From Octopus vulgaris (lineage: Eukaryota), in contig OX597817.1 in assembly GCA_951406725.2 (NCBI GenBank), positions 7,440,001 through 7,504,000 on the forward strand: DNA of 64,000 nt. Direction: 5' to 3'. Numbering within the stretch: the first letter of the stretch is position 1; each line of letters begins with the position of its first letter. The position numbers and the translations under genes are program-made. The notes under the pieces were generated by a model. That model was not told the DNA's origin, ran no database searches, and saw only the letters and a program-made list of their open reading frames with translations. Below are positions 1-14,110 of this stretch, in pieces.

Positions 1-1566
1 TGATAATGGCTTTTCTTTGACAAGCTATGAAATCTTCATCTATATCTCAGGAGATAAGAAAACGTTTTCTATTATTGAATATCCTAGAAAACATGAGAAC
101 AGTACCCACAGCCTTCGTTATTTCTCTGAACCTAAGTGGGGTCAGCGTGCTTCGTATTAATATTCAGCGTATCGTACGGCTTGGTGCCTACAGAGGAAAT
201 ACGAACACTGAGGGAGCTCCAAAGTTTTATTCTTATGGGAAGTGAAGGATTGGAAGTAGTATTTACAGCAGAATTTGTGGGAGGCTGGCCCTGTATATTT
301 GGTGTTGTTGTTGTTGTTGTTGTGGCTGCTCCTGCTGCTGCTGCTAATGATGGTGTTGTTGATGATAATGATGATGACGACGCCGACACCAATGACGAGG
401 ACGACACCAACGGCGACATAGACGACGACGATAATGATGGTGATGACGATGATGAGGATAATTATAATGATAATAATGATGATGATGATGACGACGACGG
501 CGGCGTTTCTTTATTTATTTCCGGTTAAATCATCTTTAGAGACGTTTATGATCAAAGATTTTCCAGACATGACTATACCGTATTTTATATTTGAAATATA
601 CTATATGAAGGACTATGAACACTCGTGACTATGTGGGTAGCCTTCTTGACACGTGATTGTTGAGACCGCATTTTCGATTCCCAGACTAGCTAGAAATTTG
701 TGTCCTTGAGCGATATCCTGCATTTCACATTATTCCAGTATTTAAAAAATACCCCAGCTCAAGAGTGAACTTTGTATTTTCAATTTTCTCAGGCATAGCT
801 TCTTGAAAATCCCGATGGCCCCCGGTTTCATGAGCCTTTAAATTTGAAAGAGCATATATCTAGAAATACGTTAATTAATATGACCTCCATCTCTTTATTA
901 AGGCGAGCTTGAAGGTGTTACTGCAAGGTGTTTTCGTAGCTTTATCAGTTATGTTACTCTATACGTTACTGGAGCTAATAAAATAAAAGTCATTTGAATT
1001 AGGATGAGCTTCAAAACGACCTGAGAAACGGCTCTGTTTGCAGTCGGAAGTTGTGCAGAAAGATACGACATGTTTTAATGATAATTTTTGTATGATAATA
1101 ACATGGAAAAGTAGAGTTACAGAGAAACAGAAATATATAGACTCTTAACATTTAGAAACCAAAAACAAATCAATTATGCATCACCAAGGACAGCTTCACA
1201 TTAATCCTCTTTCGGATTAACTCCTCCTCACATCCAGTAAAAGATAATCAGATAACGAATCTGCTCGAATCACATGAAATCAATGATGTCTAAACAGAAT
1301 ATTCAGTGTTACCACTCTCAAGAATGTCCCATACGTATAGCAGGATTTTGACGTAAATGTAATGTTAAAAGCAGCTTTATTTGTTGGGTAGCTGTCCCAA
1401 AGAATGTTGGAAGTATAAACATACAGTCTAGCATGGCATTAAAGACCTACTTTAGTATAAACATGTACGTTGTATATAAGTGGTGATGCTTTACTTATAG
1501 TGGTATTAGTTGTAGTGTCACTCTACTCATTATGGTGATTCTTATATATACATATGTATATATATG

Positions 1567-1607
<41 letters not shown>

Positions 1608-1620
1608 ATGTACAATATAC

Positions 1621-1661
<41 letters not shown>

Positions 1662-1820
1662 CACACACACACGTATGTATGTATGCATACACACACACAC
1701 ACGCACACACATACACACATGTTTGCAGACATAACTAAAGCAGTTAGGCGGCGTTGTCGAATTTTTTTACAGTGTGCACATGCATAAAGGCAGACAAACG
1801 ACAGACAGGCAGACAAACAG

Positions 1821-2024
<204 letters not shown>

Positions 2025-2036
2025 AGTGACACTAGG

Positions 2037-2400
2037 GAATTAAAATATATCATACGAGCTGAATTATAATTTACAACTCCAGAAAATTGTAATTAAGTGA
2101 TACCAGTAAATTTCAATTAAGCAGCCACTATAAATTAAAATTTAGTATATTCAGTGAATTGTAATTAAGTCATTTCGTTTCATTGTAGTTGAGCAGCTTC
2201 AGTGACTTTATGTGTGCAATATCATCAGTAAATTGTGATATAGTGTCCTTAGAGAATTGTAATTTAGTAACCTTAGTGAATCCCATTCTAATAGCCTTAG
2301 CGAATTTCAATTTAATAACATCAATGACTCGCAATTTAGTAACTTTTAGAATAACCTCAATGAATTAAATTTTAGTGATTTCTATATAATGTATTTTACT
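2037..2400. repeat. Degenerate 24-bp minisatellite (~14 units)
   Basis: Consensus approximately gaattgtaatttagtaaccttagt, recurring at a 24-nt period. Confidence 0.75.
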
Positions 2401-2929
2401 CTAGAAATGTCAGTAACTTTTGTGAACTCATGAATTGTCAGAGAATGTTAACAAGATTGTATCTACGAACTAAGAATCTAAGCATGCAGAGATTCAGCTA
2501 CACTACATTCAGCTTCTTGTTAAAAAGCAAACTATATCACACAACAGGTTGACTAATAAAACAGTAAATTGTAGCGGTAAAATAAACACAAACAGAAAAC
2601 TATATATTTTATCGGAACACAAGGTGTTTACAACGCTCTATGACATACGATGTTTGTTAGAATCAATAGATGCTTTCAGTAGAACACAATAGATCTGTAG
2701 AAAAGTTCTCTTAACGCGCCAGTAATTTACTAATCTAGTTAGTATATTAACTTTTCCTATTTTAACAGTTGCACAATTTCTCATTAACAACATCAACCAT
2801 GTAAACGCAACCATATCTATATATATATAGATAGACACACATTTATTTCTCTATATATCTGATTTCTCGCACTCCTTCGCACTGTCTGTGTATCTCCTTC
2901 TCTCTCCTTCTCTCTCACTCTTATGTATG

Positions 2930-2970
<41 letters not shown>

Positions 2971-3105
2971 ATTTGTGTGTCTGTGATTCCCCCCCTCCAT
3001 CGTCGCTTGGCAACCGATGTTGGTGTGTTTGTGTCCCCGAAACTTGGCGGTTCGGATGGAGATTCCGGTGGACTTGCAGACAGTGGGCCTGGAGTCAATG
3101 GAATT

Positions 3106-3106
3106 T

Positions 3107-3196
<90 letters not shown>

Positions 3197-3210
3197 TAAT
3201 AATAATAATG

Positions 3211-3262
<52 letters not shown>

Positions 3263-3288
3263 TGATAATAATAATAATAATAATAGTG

Positions 3289-3379
<91 letters not shown>

Positions 3380-3381
3380 TG

Positions 3382-3451
<70 letters not shown>
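3106..3451. repeat. (AAT)n microsatellite, ~345 bp
   Basis: Seen directly in the sequence. Confidence 0.97.
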
Positions 3452-3452
<1 letters not shown>

Positions 3453-4899
3453 TGATCAGTGCAAGTTTAGCTAATGAACTTATGTAGAAAGATAGTTTGT
3501 GGATACCCGCTGGGTGGACTGTAAATATAATGATAAGTCCTGCTTATAATTACTGGTACATTAAGTCAAAGCAGTATCTTCACTGATTCCGCCAGAGAAT
3601 TATCTAAAAGGCATACGTAACTACGGAATACTCAACTGCATACGTGGGTGTACAAATGAGTATAATGAGTAGTTAGTTCAATTGATCTTGCAACTGGAAT
3701 AGTCATCGTCGAAAACGACTGAAGATCTATTGAATCTTGTTGCGTAGCGGAGCTGAAGTATTGTAGGAAATCATTTAATATAAGTAGCCTGCCCCTTTGA
3801 ACCACAGGTAATCTCACGGCGAGTGCAGATTCGAATATGCTTTAAATTCCCGGTGGAAGCTTTTTCCAGAATAACATAAATCCTCTAACGACATACAAAC
3901 ACACACACACACACACTCACAAGTACGTAAGCACACACATACACGAGGACACATATACACATACACTCACAAATACGCACATATACAAACACACTCATAC
4001 ATATACACACTTTTACAATCAGGGGAACTAATAAAACTATTCACCACTTTACAAGCGACTAGAAGATAGCGTATTAGTCGTCTCTTCCATATAATCTCTC
4101 TAATACCTGTAGAGATAGCAAGCTGCAATAATTACGTGAATGTCACATACTATAGAATTTGTGAGATTCACTGTCTATTTTCTTTGTTAATATATCTTCC
4201 TAGTTTATACTTAACCAGTTGCTAATGCATGTGTAATTAAGTTCTTGACTGTGTCTGTGTACATAAACGTATACACATATATGCAGATGTATTCGTCTGC
4301 GTATTTGTGTATGTATCTGTGGATGATTAATGAAAATAGTATTATGTTTCTACATTCTTGTAATTAATGGTATCTAACTTTAACACAAGGCCGCACATTT
4401 GTAGGCAATGAACAAAGTCGATAGCCAGTCCATTGAATCAACATTAATGAATTATTGAAAATTACTTGTTATCGAAGAATGAACGGCGAAATAGATATAT
4501 GTGTCAGCTAAACATAGAATGCAAAAGGAGTTAATTATAAATATAAGAACTATAACTAAATACCGGAAAGTATTCTAACGATTCTATTTCTGGCACTCAA
4601 TACTTCGCGCTATTTTCATAATTAATGCAAGACAATAATCAGAAACATCCCTCTGGTTGTGATTAATTTGTAACTTTTTTTTTAAACAATGTTACCCGGA
4701 ATTTCAAATCGACACAATTTTATCTAATAATTTGTTATTTTTGTAGTTGTTGCTGCTCATGATATTACTACCTTTGTTGTTGTTTACAGCTATTACTGCC
4801 CAGAATTATGATTCATCCATCATTAAATTAACCTGTCATTTTTTTTTAAAGAAGTGCTTGATTGATTGATTCCTTGGCCCACCTCCCGAGATATTCTGG

Positions 4900-5210
4900 T
4901 GATATACTGTGCATTAATTATCTTTCTATCTGTCTTTCCAATCTGAACTCGACCTCTTCAATAGGTTGACCTATGTACTCTGAGATTTTGACATTGTCCA
5001 TCTTTTGCGTATCCTTCTCCGCACACCCAACTATCCCATGCTGTTCGTCTGTGATGTGTTCCGAGAACGACTGGTCTAAGACCTTGCTTGAACAAACATT
5101 CTATTTGTACTGCGTGTGTCCTCCTCAGTATTTCTAAAGCAGAATTCCATGCCATACAAAAGTAGAGGTTAACTATATTATCCAGTATATTTTGCTCGTG
5201 TTCATGATAT
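4900..5210 (-). pseudogene. RTE-like LINE RT C-terminal fragment
   Basis: Minus frame PLLLYGMEF resembles the conserved VLLYGxExW motif. Decayed. Confidence 0.4.
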
Positions 5211-5469
5211 TAAGTATGATTTTAGAGATTCAGATGCTAATTGTAGCAGGTCGAGAGACCTCGTAAATGTTTCTCGATTAGGAAAACCAGATATAAAAGT
5301 TATCTCTTATTTACGAAGCACCACCATCAACATATTCGTCATCAATAAAATAAAAGAATGTTTTGCTGAGTAAAAAAAAGGGCGCCCCTCTCTAAGCACT
5401 GGTTCGACCTGCTGGAAACAGCAACCACTTTACCTTCTGCTCACACTAAGTTTCTTGAGCAACGAACTT

Positions 5470-6460
5470 TTCGGGTGATTATTTACATTGGACGGATATG
5501 TGTCCTCATTTTGTTTGTTGTTACGACATCGTTTTGGCTGATTTACTGTCCAGCATTCATCAGGTGTCCTGGTAGAATTTTGAACCAAACCCTGGGTTGG
5601 AATTTCAACATCAACAACAGGGTATTTTTGTGTGTATGCATGTAGGTATGTAGGTGCATATTTGTATGTTTTATGTATGTATCCTCCAGCATATAGTTGC
5701 TTAGGTAGACATGCTCCTATATATTTAAATGATAAACTTCTGGAAAGTTTTACAGATTTTTACAGTTTCAGTGATGGAGTGGATCCGGAGTCTTCGAAAT
5801 AGCTTTCTCTGTATGTATGTATGTATGTATGTATGTATGTATGTATGTATGTATGTATGTATGTATGTATGTATGTATGTATGTATGTATGTACGTATGT
5901 ATGTATGTATGTATGTATATATGTATGTGCGTGTATGTATGTATTCAGTTTATTCAAGATTTTTTGCCGATAGAGAAAGAAACGGTTTCTAACCGAGATC
6001 CAAGACTCCTTCATTGGAATTTCAACTCGAATAGGCCATGATACCACAGAACTTGACTTTAAAAGGATTTAGCTAATCCTATCACGTGGTGCTATTACGT
6101 TAGACATCGTCTGGAGCAGTTTTTGATCAAAACATATCTAAGTTATCTAAGTTATATATACATGTATGTATGTATTTATGTATGTATATATGTATGTATG
6201 TATGTATTTTTGTTTGTATGTATGTATGTATGTATGTATGTATGTATGCATGTATGTATGTATGTATGTATTTATGTAGGCGCAGATATGTATGTTTTAT
6301 GTATGTATTCTTATGCATATACTTGCATATGTAGACATGCTCATATATATTTAAATGATAAGTTTCTGGAAAGTTTTACAGATTTTTATAGATGGATTGG
6401 ATCTGTAGATTCGAATTAGTTTTTTCTGGTTTTGAGAAGTCTAATTTCTCAAGATTTGCA
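5470..6460. mobile_element. (TATG)n-associated dispersed repeat fragments with a degenerate HHR (5524-5568, minus)
   Basis: 5705-5810 resembles 6331-6430 and 5942-6000 resembles 39951-40005. Minus strand has CTGATGA atgctg..cagcc AAAA cg. Confidence 0.45.
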
Positions 6461-6465
6461 GTTAG

Positions 6466-6498
<33 letters not shown>

Positions 6499-7138
6499 TG
6501 TATGTATGTATGTATGTATGTATGTATGTATGTATGTGTATGGATGTATCTATCTATATATCTAGAGAATATCCAATTACATTCGTTATTTAAATTATGT
6601 CTTCATTTTTATTTTTTAAATCTGTATTTAAGTCTCTAAGTATCTGTGTATATTTCTCCAACAGGTTTTCATGAACCTGAGACTAAAAATAGATGTTCGT
6701 ATATTATGTCATAGACTGAGTCTCTTTGCTTAATTTAAATTCATATAAAAAGAACGGAGAAATATAAATAACACTCAACGAAAGCAAAGTTATTTTGTGT
6801 CTCTGGTGCGTACATTTCTATTTGTGTGAATGTGTGTATGTATGTAAGTGTACGTGCGTACGTGTGTGTGTGTATGTATTTATGCTGCGCAACTATTTTA
6901 TATGCGTTTCTGTTTGTCTAATATCTGCGTAACTATCTTACTTTATACACACATGAAGATGCACACACACACACACATCTGCATATATGTGTATACGTTT
7001 ATGTACACACACGCATATGTAAGTGTGTGTATGGGGGATATAATCACATTTATATTCTTATATTCTTACTTGCACATCATTATAATATACCCGTATATAT
7101 ATATGTATGTATGCATGTATCTATGTATACATACATGT

Positions 7139-7204
<66 letters not shown>

Positions 7205-7771
7205 CTAGGTGGGTGTGTGTGTATATATATATATACATACACACACATGCACATACATTCGCAAACATCCACGCACAAACACACGCACTCCCACATATAT
7301 ATTATGAAGCGCAAATATAATGAAAAAAAACAAAATACCATGTGACCGGACATATGGACTGATTAAGTTAATTGTCAGTCGATCCTGAAGGGCTGTCTTC
7401 CTATTGGCTGAACTCTACCCAAAAGGTACGGGAAGTCATTATTTCTCTTCCTTCTTTGCATATTAACCCTTATTGATTACATTTAATTTAAGTCCACGCA
7501 TTTCCTTCATGCAGCTTCAGATGTGTGGAATATATCCTGAAAGCACTTTTTAGTAGTAATTGTGCGACGGGAGCATCGTGTACGATAGAATATAATATAT
7601 CATTATGACATAATACGGAAATAATGTCGTAATTAATCATGAAAGCTTGCGCAAGTAGAATTCAATATTATGCTCAAGGACAACGGGGGAAATATCTCGC
7701 TTTTGGAATACGTAATAATAATACAATGATACTAGATACTTTGCAATAAAATAAGGGAACCACAAGCGCTG

Positions 7772-7809
<38 letters not shown>

Positions 7810-8103
7810 TTTATACATACTCACATATAATTATATGTGTGTGCATATGTTCTGTGTGAGTGTGTGTGACTGTGTTTGTGCGTTTGTGGATGTGTGTGTG
7901 TGAGTGTGGGTGTGGGTGTGTTTTAAATGGAAATATTCCAAGCAATATAACTCAGAATAGCCACTGGCATGAACATTAACGATAATGATGAATAAAGACA
8001 TATCAAATACCATGCGAGATTAATTCTTGATTTATTGAAATGATCTTCCCTTCCAGAGAATAAGAGACATATGCCTTGTAGCAATTACGATTATCTCCAA
8101 ATG

Positions 8104-8177
8104 ACAAAGGTAGATAATCTCAAATAACAAGGGTAGATAATCTCAAATAACAAGGGTAGATAATCTCAAATAACAAG
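8104..8177. repeat. 23-bp tandem repeat x3
   Basis: Unit acaagggtagataatctcaaata. Confidence 0.9.
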
Positions 8178-8706
8178 TATTCTCGATATGTCATTTAGGA
8201 AAAGATTGTCATTGTCTGAAGACCAGAGGATGGCAACGGACCGGTTTTTACCTTAATAGAGGTAATCAGCACAGCATTTGTCCTACCTTGAATACAGCAG
8301 ACGAGATTCCCAGGCGAACAGAAAGACTAAAAGATATTTATCGAAGGTGGTGGAGGTGTTCTGCGAGGTTTGCATACTAAGGTATAAATATGTAGTGTCA
8401 CGAAATCGATATATTAAGATTACCGAAACAATTAATCGGTAAAAGCTTCCTCAGGTAGGCGTTTAAAATTTAAAGAAATAAAACAATTTATTGCTCTTGT
8501 TCAGTGCAGGTATTTCCTGTGTCGCTGATCTTTAGCTTTGTATTAACATCCACTGGGCAGCTGACTTCCACAACAGTCCCAAATCTATCATGTTTACATT
8601 TTATTGAGGATTTCAGTGGCAAATTCTACCAGTATTCCTTCTAATTATGAGTGGCTATGGCTCATTCTTGGTGAATATATACAATGGATATATACAGTGA
8701 ATATAT

Positions 8707-9110
8707 AGGCGCAGGAGTGGCTGTGTGGTAAGTAGCTTGCTAACCAACCACATGGTTCCGGGTTCAGTCCCACTGCGTGGCATCTTGGGCAAGTGTCTTC
8801 TGCTATAGCCCCGGGCCGACCAAAGCCTTGTGAGTGGATTTGGTAGACGGAAACTGAAAGAAGCCTGTCGTATATATGTATATATATATGTATGTGTGTG
8901 TATGTGTTTGTGAGTCTGTGTTTGTCCCTCTAGCATTGCTTGACAACCGATGCTGGTGTGTTTACGTCCCCGTCACTTAGCGGTTCGGCAAAAAGAGATC
9001 GATAGAATAAGTACTAGGCTTACAAAGAATAAGTCGATTTGCTCGACTAAAAGGCGGTGCTCCAGCATGGCCGCAGTCAAATTACTGAAACAAGAAAAAG
9101 TAAAAGTAAG
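8707..9110 (+). mobile_element. tRNA-derived SINE, family A (full length)
   Basis: Pol III A/B boxes (tggctgtgtggtaag, ggttcagtccc), internal (TA/TG) spacer and tail ..gtcaaattactgaaacaag. Multiple copies in the window. Confidence 0.9.
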
Positions 9111-9868
9111 TAATGCATATTGGAGAACAGGTGTTTTTTTTTTCTAAGCTCAACAGGTGATCAGCATCAATAAAACTAAAAAAAAATATTGTGACGTTCT
9201 TGACAAATATCAACAACGGAGAAATTATTTCAGGACATTGCCCTGCGTATCAGATACAAATAAAGTAATAAAGCATGGTGACACATATATAAAACAATGA
9301 GGTGATAACATTCGCTCAACTAAGCTGTCAATGCAATTCCTAGCCAATAAATTACTATAATCACATTTGCTACAAAATAAATAAATAAATATATAAAATA
9401 AGCAGGCACTATGCAGTAGAAATTTCACTAATAAAATAAGTGCAGCGAAATTTTCAGACAATATAAGCAACGCAGGTTTGAATAGCTCTGGTTTGTAATG
9501 CCAGCTGGTAAAGAGTGACAGTCATGTATCGGAATAGGTAATACTCCTCAGTGAAACATATACTCTGCTGGTGTACATACGAAGATCGGCAAATGTTTTT
9601 TTACATATATTCTAAATATAATTATAAGTTTCCGCTATATATATTGACTATGCAAAGTTCTCTGATATTAGAGTATATAAACCCTTGAGGAAAAGCATAT
9701 TTTTCCGTCATGAGTTTCTTATATTCACCAGTATGAGACAGATTTTGCAATCAATATATACAGTGAAAAATTATAATGATATTTACAAAACTTCCACTCG
9801 TCAGCGTTTCTTAACTTACACAGAATATGCATATAAATACATGCATACACACACACACACACACACAT

Positions 9869-9929
<61 letters not shown>

Positions 9930-9956
9930 GATGTATGGATGTATGTGGATGTATGG

Positions 9957-9998
<42 letters not shown>

Positions 9999-10001
9999 TA
10001 T

Positions 10002-10444
10002 ATCAAAATAAACAAGAAGATATCAAGAGGCGATGCAGTACGAGCGTTTCATGCGACTCCATTTAATTGAATAATGCAATCATTATATCAATTTAAATGT
10101 AGGACTATCCTCAGCTGCATAAATAAATAAAAAGAATTTTTAATCAGTCGGACACATTAACAATATCATATAATCATATTAATGTATCCGACAATTATAT
10201 TGATGTGTCCATCTGATTAAAAATTCTATTTATTTCTTCATGCAGCTGAGGATAGCCCTTCATTTACATTTATTAAATGATTGCGTTGTTCAATTAAATG
10301 GAGCCGCTTGAAACGATCATACTGCATCACCACTTGAAATCTTTTTGCTTATTTTGATTTCATTCACCTTATTTTGAGTTGTACGGATAATACCGGACTG
10401 GGTTGGTGCTTCAAATTAAGTACCTAATTCAACTGAATCTCAAT

Positions 10445-10445
<1 letters not shown>
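10002..10445 (+). mobile_element. Fold-back non-autonomous PLE-like element with two opposed HHR motifs and a 3' tail
   Basis: 10002-~10165 is an imperfect reverse complement of ~10197-10358. HHR ATGCAG-CTGAGGA..GAAA-CGATCA-TA-CTGCAT at 10240-10327(+), mirror at 10033-10120(-). Flanked by (TA)n and (TG)n. Confidence 0.7.
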
Positions 10446-10479
<34 letters not shown>

Positions 10480-11022
10480 ATATGCATGTGTGTATATATA
10501 TATGTATAATATATTATTGTATTTTATTATACATGCAGGTATATATAAAATACATATACGACATAATATATGTATATACATATATATATATATGTGTGTG
10601 TATGTATGTATGTATGTATGTATGTATGTATGTATGTATGTATGTATGCGCGTATTACACGTACACAGAGACACAAGGAACAGCTAAGAATACACAGGTA
10701 AATAGACTGATACACAGAGTTAAGAATGTTTTGGCGCTCCTAGTTCAAGCGAATTTCGAAAACATAACCCCGTGTGTGTCTGCATTCTTGCATAGAGCAT
10801 TGCTGAAAGATGGCAGAGCAGCCTGACGCCAGTAGAATGCGACGACAGGATAAAATCAATTACGATGTTTACTTTTATTCTTCAATATTATTGTTTTAAA
10901 AAATCAGCCAATTTTCTATTCCTTTCATTGCTCCGAAAGTGAGAAAAGATGTACCGGTTGTCTATGACGGTCGGTTCATTCTATTTTACCCTATTTCTCT
11001 TTCTGTCTCTCAATTTGTCTGT

Positions 11023-11115
<93 letters not shown>

Positions 11116-12462
11116 CTCAAATGAATTTCTTAAGCTTGACATATTTTGTAAAGGATCATTAGTACAACCGTTGTTGTCTCCTTTTTTTGTCATGTTATTC
11201 CGTCTCTTTTTCGTTTTTTTCTTCAGCTTCTTCTTTCCGTCATTCTCCTCATCCTTCATCGTCTTTGTCGCAATCATCGTCGTCGTCGATGTCACCTGTT
11301 CGTCGATTTTAGGTGAAGCGAGTGCACGAACTAAATTCGATTTATAGTTGTTCCGGCGCTAATGACTTTGAGAAAATTATTATATTACACTGTCTCATGT
11401 TTATTATATAAAACTATAAGGATATACACACGGAAATATCTATAGCAGAAAATTGAACATTTTGTTTTTACCTTACATAGGCATCAAACCTATGTTTATA
11501 GTGAATGGATGCTAGAAGGAGTTCGTGTCGTTCATTTTATCCTAAAGGATATTTGTGAGGTAAATCAAGGCAAATCTTATACGGAAATTGAAACCGAGAC
11601 AGGTCTCTGGAGAGGAGAAATAACTTAGCAAACCGATGAGTTGTGTTTCCGCCTTGGTTTCGATTAACGGTGGTAGACACTTTATATTGCACCTGTAACT
11701 TAATAAATGTTCCATTGACTTATGTATCCCCCATCTCTCTGAGAAATATTACGCTTCGTAAGCTGTAAATCACGACTGATGTTTAGGTGTGACGTAAACA
11801 ATTCTCAACAGTTGATTTGAGATGATCAGCTTTATGGTAGGATGTTCCCGTGACCTATTTAAAATATTTCTATTGACACGATCAGATTTATGTTAGAAAG
11901 TCTGAATGATCTACTTTAGCTATTGACAACAGTGATGTCGACTATAGTGCAACCCGAGATCGATTCGAATCAACAAGACACATAACCAAAAATACATTCC
12001 AACTGCAATATTGCAATTTCTTATTCAGAAATTGTGTATCCAGTGCTATCAATTTCCTTTTTGTCATATTTTTAAGACATTGGAAGTGATTTGCCTGGAT
12101 ATTTGGCTGCTATTTCTAGTAGGACGAGTGACGTAATAAAGGCTGCTTTATAGATGGAGTCAAAATTATGGCAGAATTTTTACGTAACCCTTGAGATATT
12201 GCCAGCTAATTTGTAATAAAATGATGTTCACATTACATAAATGTATTTGAACAACTGTTGATGCTATCCGATTTACGGTAGAATGGTTAAGTGTTATGTT
12301 TATCTGCAACAGTTCATTTGAGATGTTGAGTTTTATGTTACGGTGACCAATCTATTTATATTGAAATGCGACAAAGCTCTCTGATTGAGAGACTGAGTGA
12401 AATATTTTGATCATGAACAAGCGAATATAGACTAAGACCTGTGTTAATATGTGAGGTGTGGA

Positions 12463-13475
12463 AGGCGGCGAGCTGGCAGAAACGTTAGCACGCCGGGCGA
12501 AATGCTTAGCGGTATTTCGTCTGCCGCTACGTTCTGAGTTCAAATTCGATATAATCGACTTAATCCCTTTGTCTGTTCTTGTTCGTCCTCTCTGTGTTTA
12601 GTCCCTTGTGGGTAGTAAAGAAATAGGTATTTCGTCGGCCGTTACGTTCTGAGTTCAAATTCGATATAATCGACTTAATCCCTTTGTCTGTTCTTGTTCG
12701 TCCTCTCTGTGTTTAGTCCCTTGTGGGTAGTAAAGAAATAGGTATTTCGTCGGCCGTTACGTTCTGAGTTCAAATTCGATATAATCGACTTAATCCCTTT
12801 GTCTGTTCTTGTTCGTCCTCTCTGTGTTTAGTCCCTTGTGGGTAGTAAAGAAATAGGTATTTCGTCGGCCGTTACGTTCTGAGTTCAAATTCGATATAAT
12901 CGACTTAATCCCTTTGTCTGTTCTTGTTCGTCCTCTCTGTGTTTAGTCCCTTGTGGGTAGTAAAGAAATAGGTATTTCGTCTGCCGTTACGTTCTGAGTT
13001 CAAATTCCACCGAGGTCAACTTTGCCTTTCATCCTTTCAGGATCGATCAAATAAGTACCAGTTACGCACTGGGGTCGATGTAATCTGCTTAATCCTTTTG
13101 TCTGTCCCTGTTTGTCCCCTCTATGCTTAGCTCCTTGTGGGCCATAAAGAAATAAGAAACAATAGCATGCTGGGTGAAATGCTTAGCGGTATTTTGTCTG
13201 CCGTTACGTTCTGAGTTCAAATTCCACCGAGGTCGACTTTGACTTTCATTCTTCCGAGGTCGATTAAATAAGTACCAGTAACGCACTGGGGTCGATATAA
13301 TCGACTTAATCCGTGTGTCTGTCATTGTTCGTCCCCTCTGTGTTTAGCCTCTTGTGGGTAGTAAAGGAATAGGTATTTTGTCTGTCTTTACGTTCTGAGT
13401 TCAAATTCCACCGAGGTCGACTTTGACTTTCATCCTTCCGAGGTCGATAAATTAATTACCAGCTGTGTACTGGGT
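12463..13475 (+). mobile_element. Tandem multimer of SINE family B (Nin/Deu-like core)
   Basis: One head (ggcggcgagctggcagaaacg), four near-identical 115-bp core-deleted units, then longer units containing gactttgcctttcatcc..taagtaccag. Confidence 0.88.
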
Positions 13476-13479
13476 TGTT

Positions 13480-14110
13480 TCTAAAACTGCGATAGTTCTT
13501 TCCTCTCTTCTTTCTTGTGTTCTACATTTCTTAGTTGCTCTCGATGCTTCATTTTTTATCTCTTCATATAGCTGTTTTAAACCTTCTATTTCCTCCTCCT
13601 TTCCATCCCTCCATCTGGTTCTGAGTTTTCTCTTCTCGTAGCTTTGCGACCCGTCTTTCACTCGATAGTCCGCCCTTTGCCGATGATTCCACTTCTTTTC
13701 TCTCCTTCCTTTCTGATAGATTATATTAGCCTAGTTCTCGAGCTTTTGTTCGTTGCCCCCTTTGAATTTGGTGGTCATTCTTGCTACCTCATCGTCGAAT
13801 TTCTTATAGCTAGCTGCATCATTTACCTTCGGCCACTTAGTCTTTGGCTCCTTTATGCCTATCTCTTTTCTTGGCTGTTCCGATTCAACTGTGGAGTGAC
13901 CCTCGCTATGGTTTCTTTCCAGGAGGTTCTGGCCACACGTTTTCTGGTTTTGCAACCCGCACTGTTGGATCAGTTTCTTCTGACACACCTTCCCTTGGTG
14001 AATTCTCTGTCAGATGTAACTAGAAAACACCTTTCTGCAGCAGCTGAATTCCTCATCTGCCTTTCCTTCACCGCTTCCTTTCTCGTTGTCCATTTCCAGT
14101 CTGGGCCATT
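13480..14110 (-). pseudogene. HERO/R2-group (REL-type) non-LTR retrotransposon N-terminal fragment
   Basis: Zn-finger-like SCCRKVFSSYI*xRIHQGKVC, then KWPKVNDAASYKKFDDEV and EKRKLRTRWR..EEIEGLKQL. Disrupted by stops and frameshifts. Confidence 0.65.

Noticed and set aside
132-419. S/T/A-rich 95-aa ORF on the minus strand, possibly a host exon
   Set aside because: Half of it is trinucleotide repeat, with no recognisable domain or clear splice context. It cannot be supported without RNA data.
8707-8780. tRNA genes (also 30190-30258, 48450-48515, 59185-59245)
   Set aside because: These A/B-box sequences are SINE heads without a complete cloverleaf.
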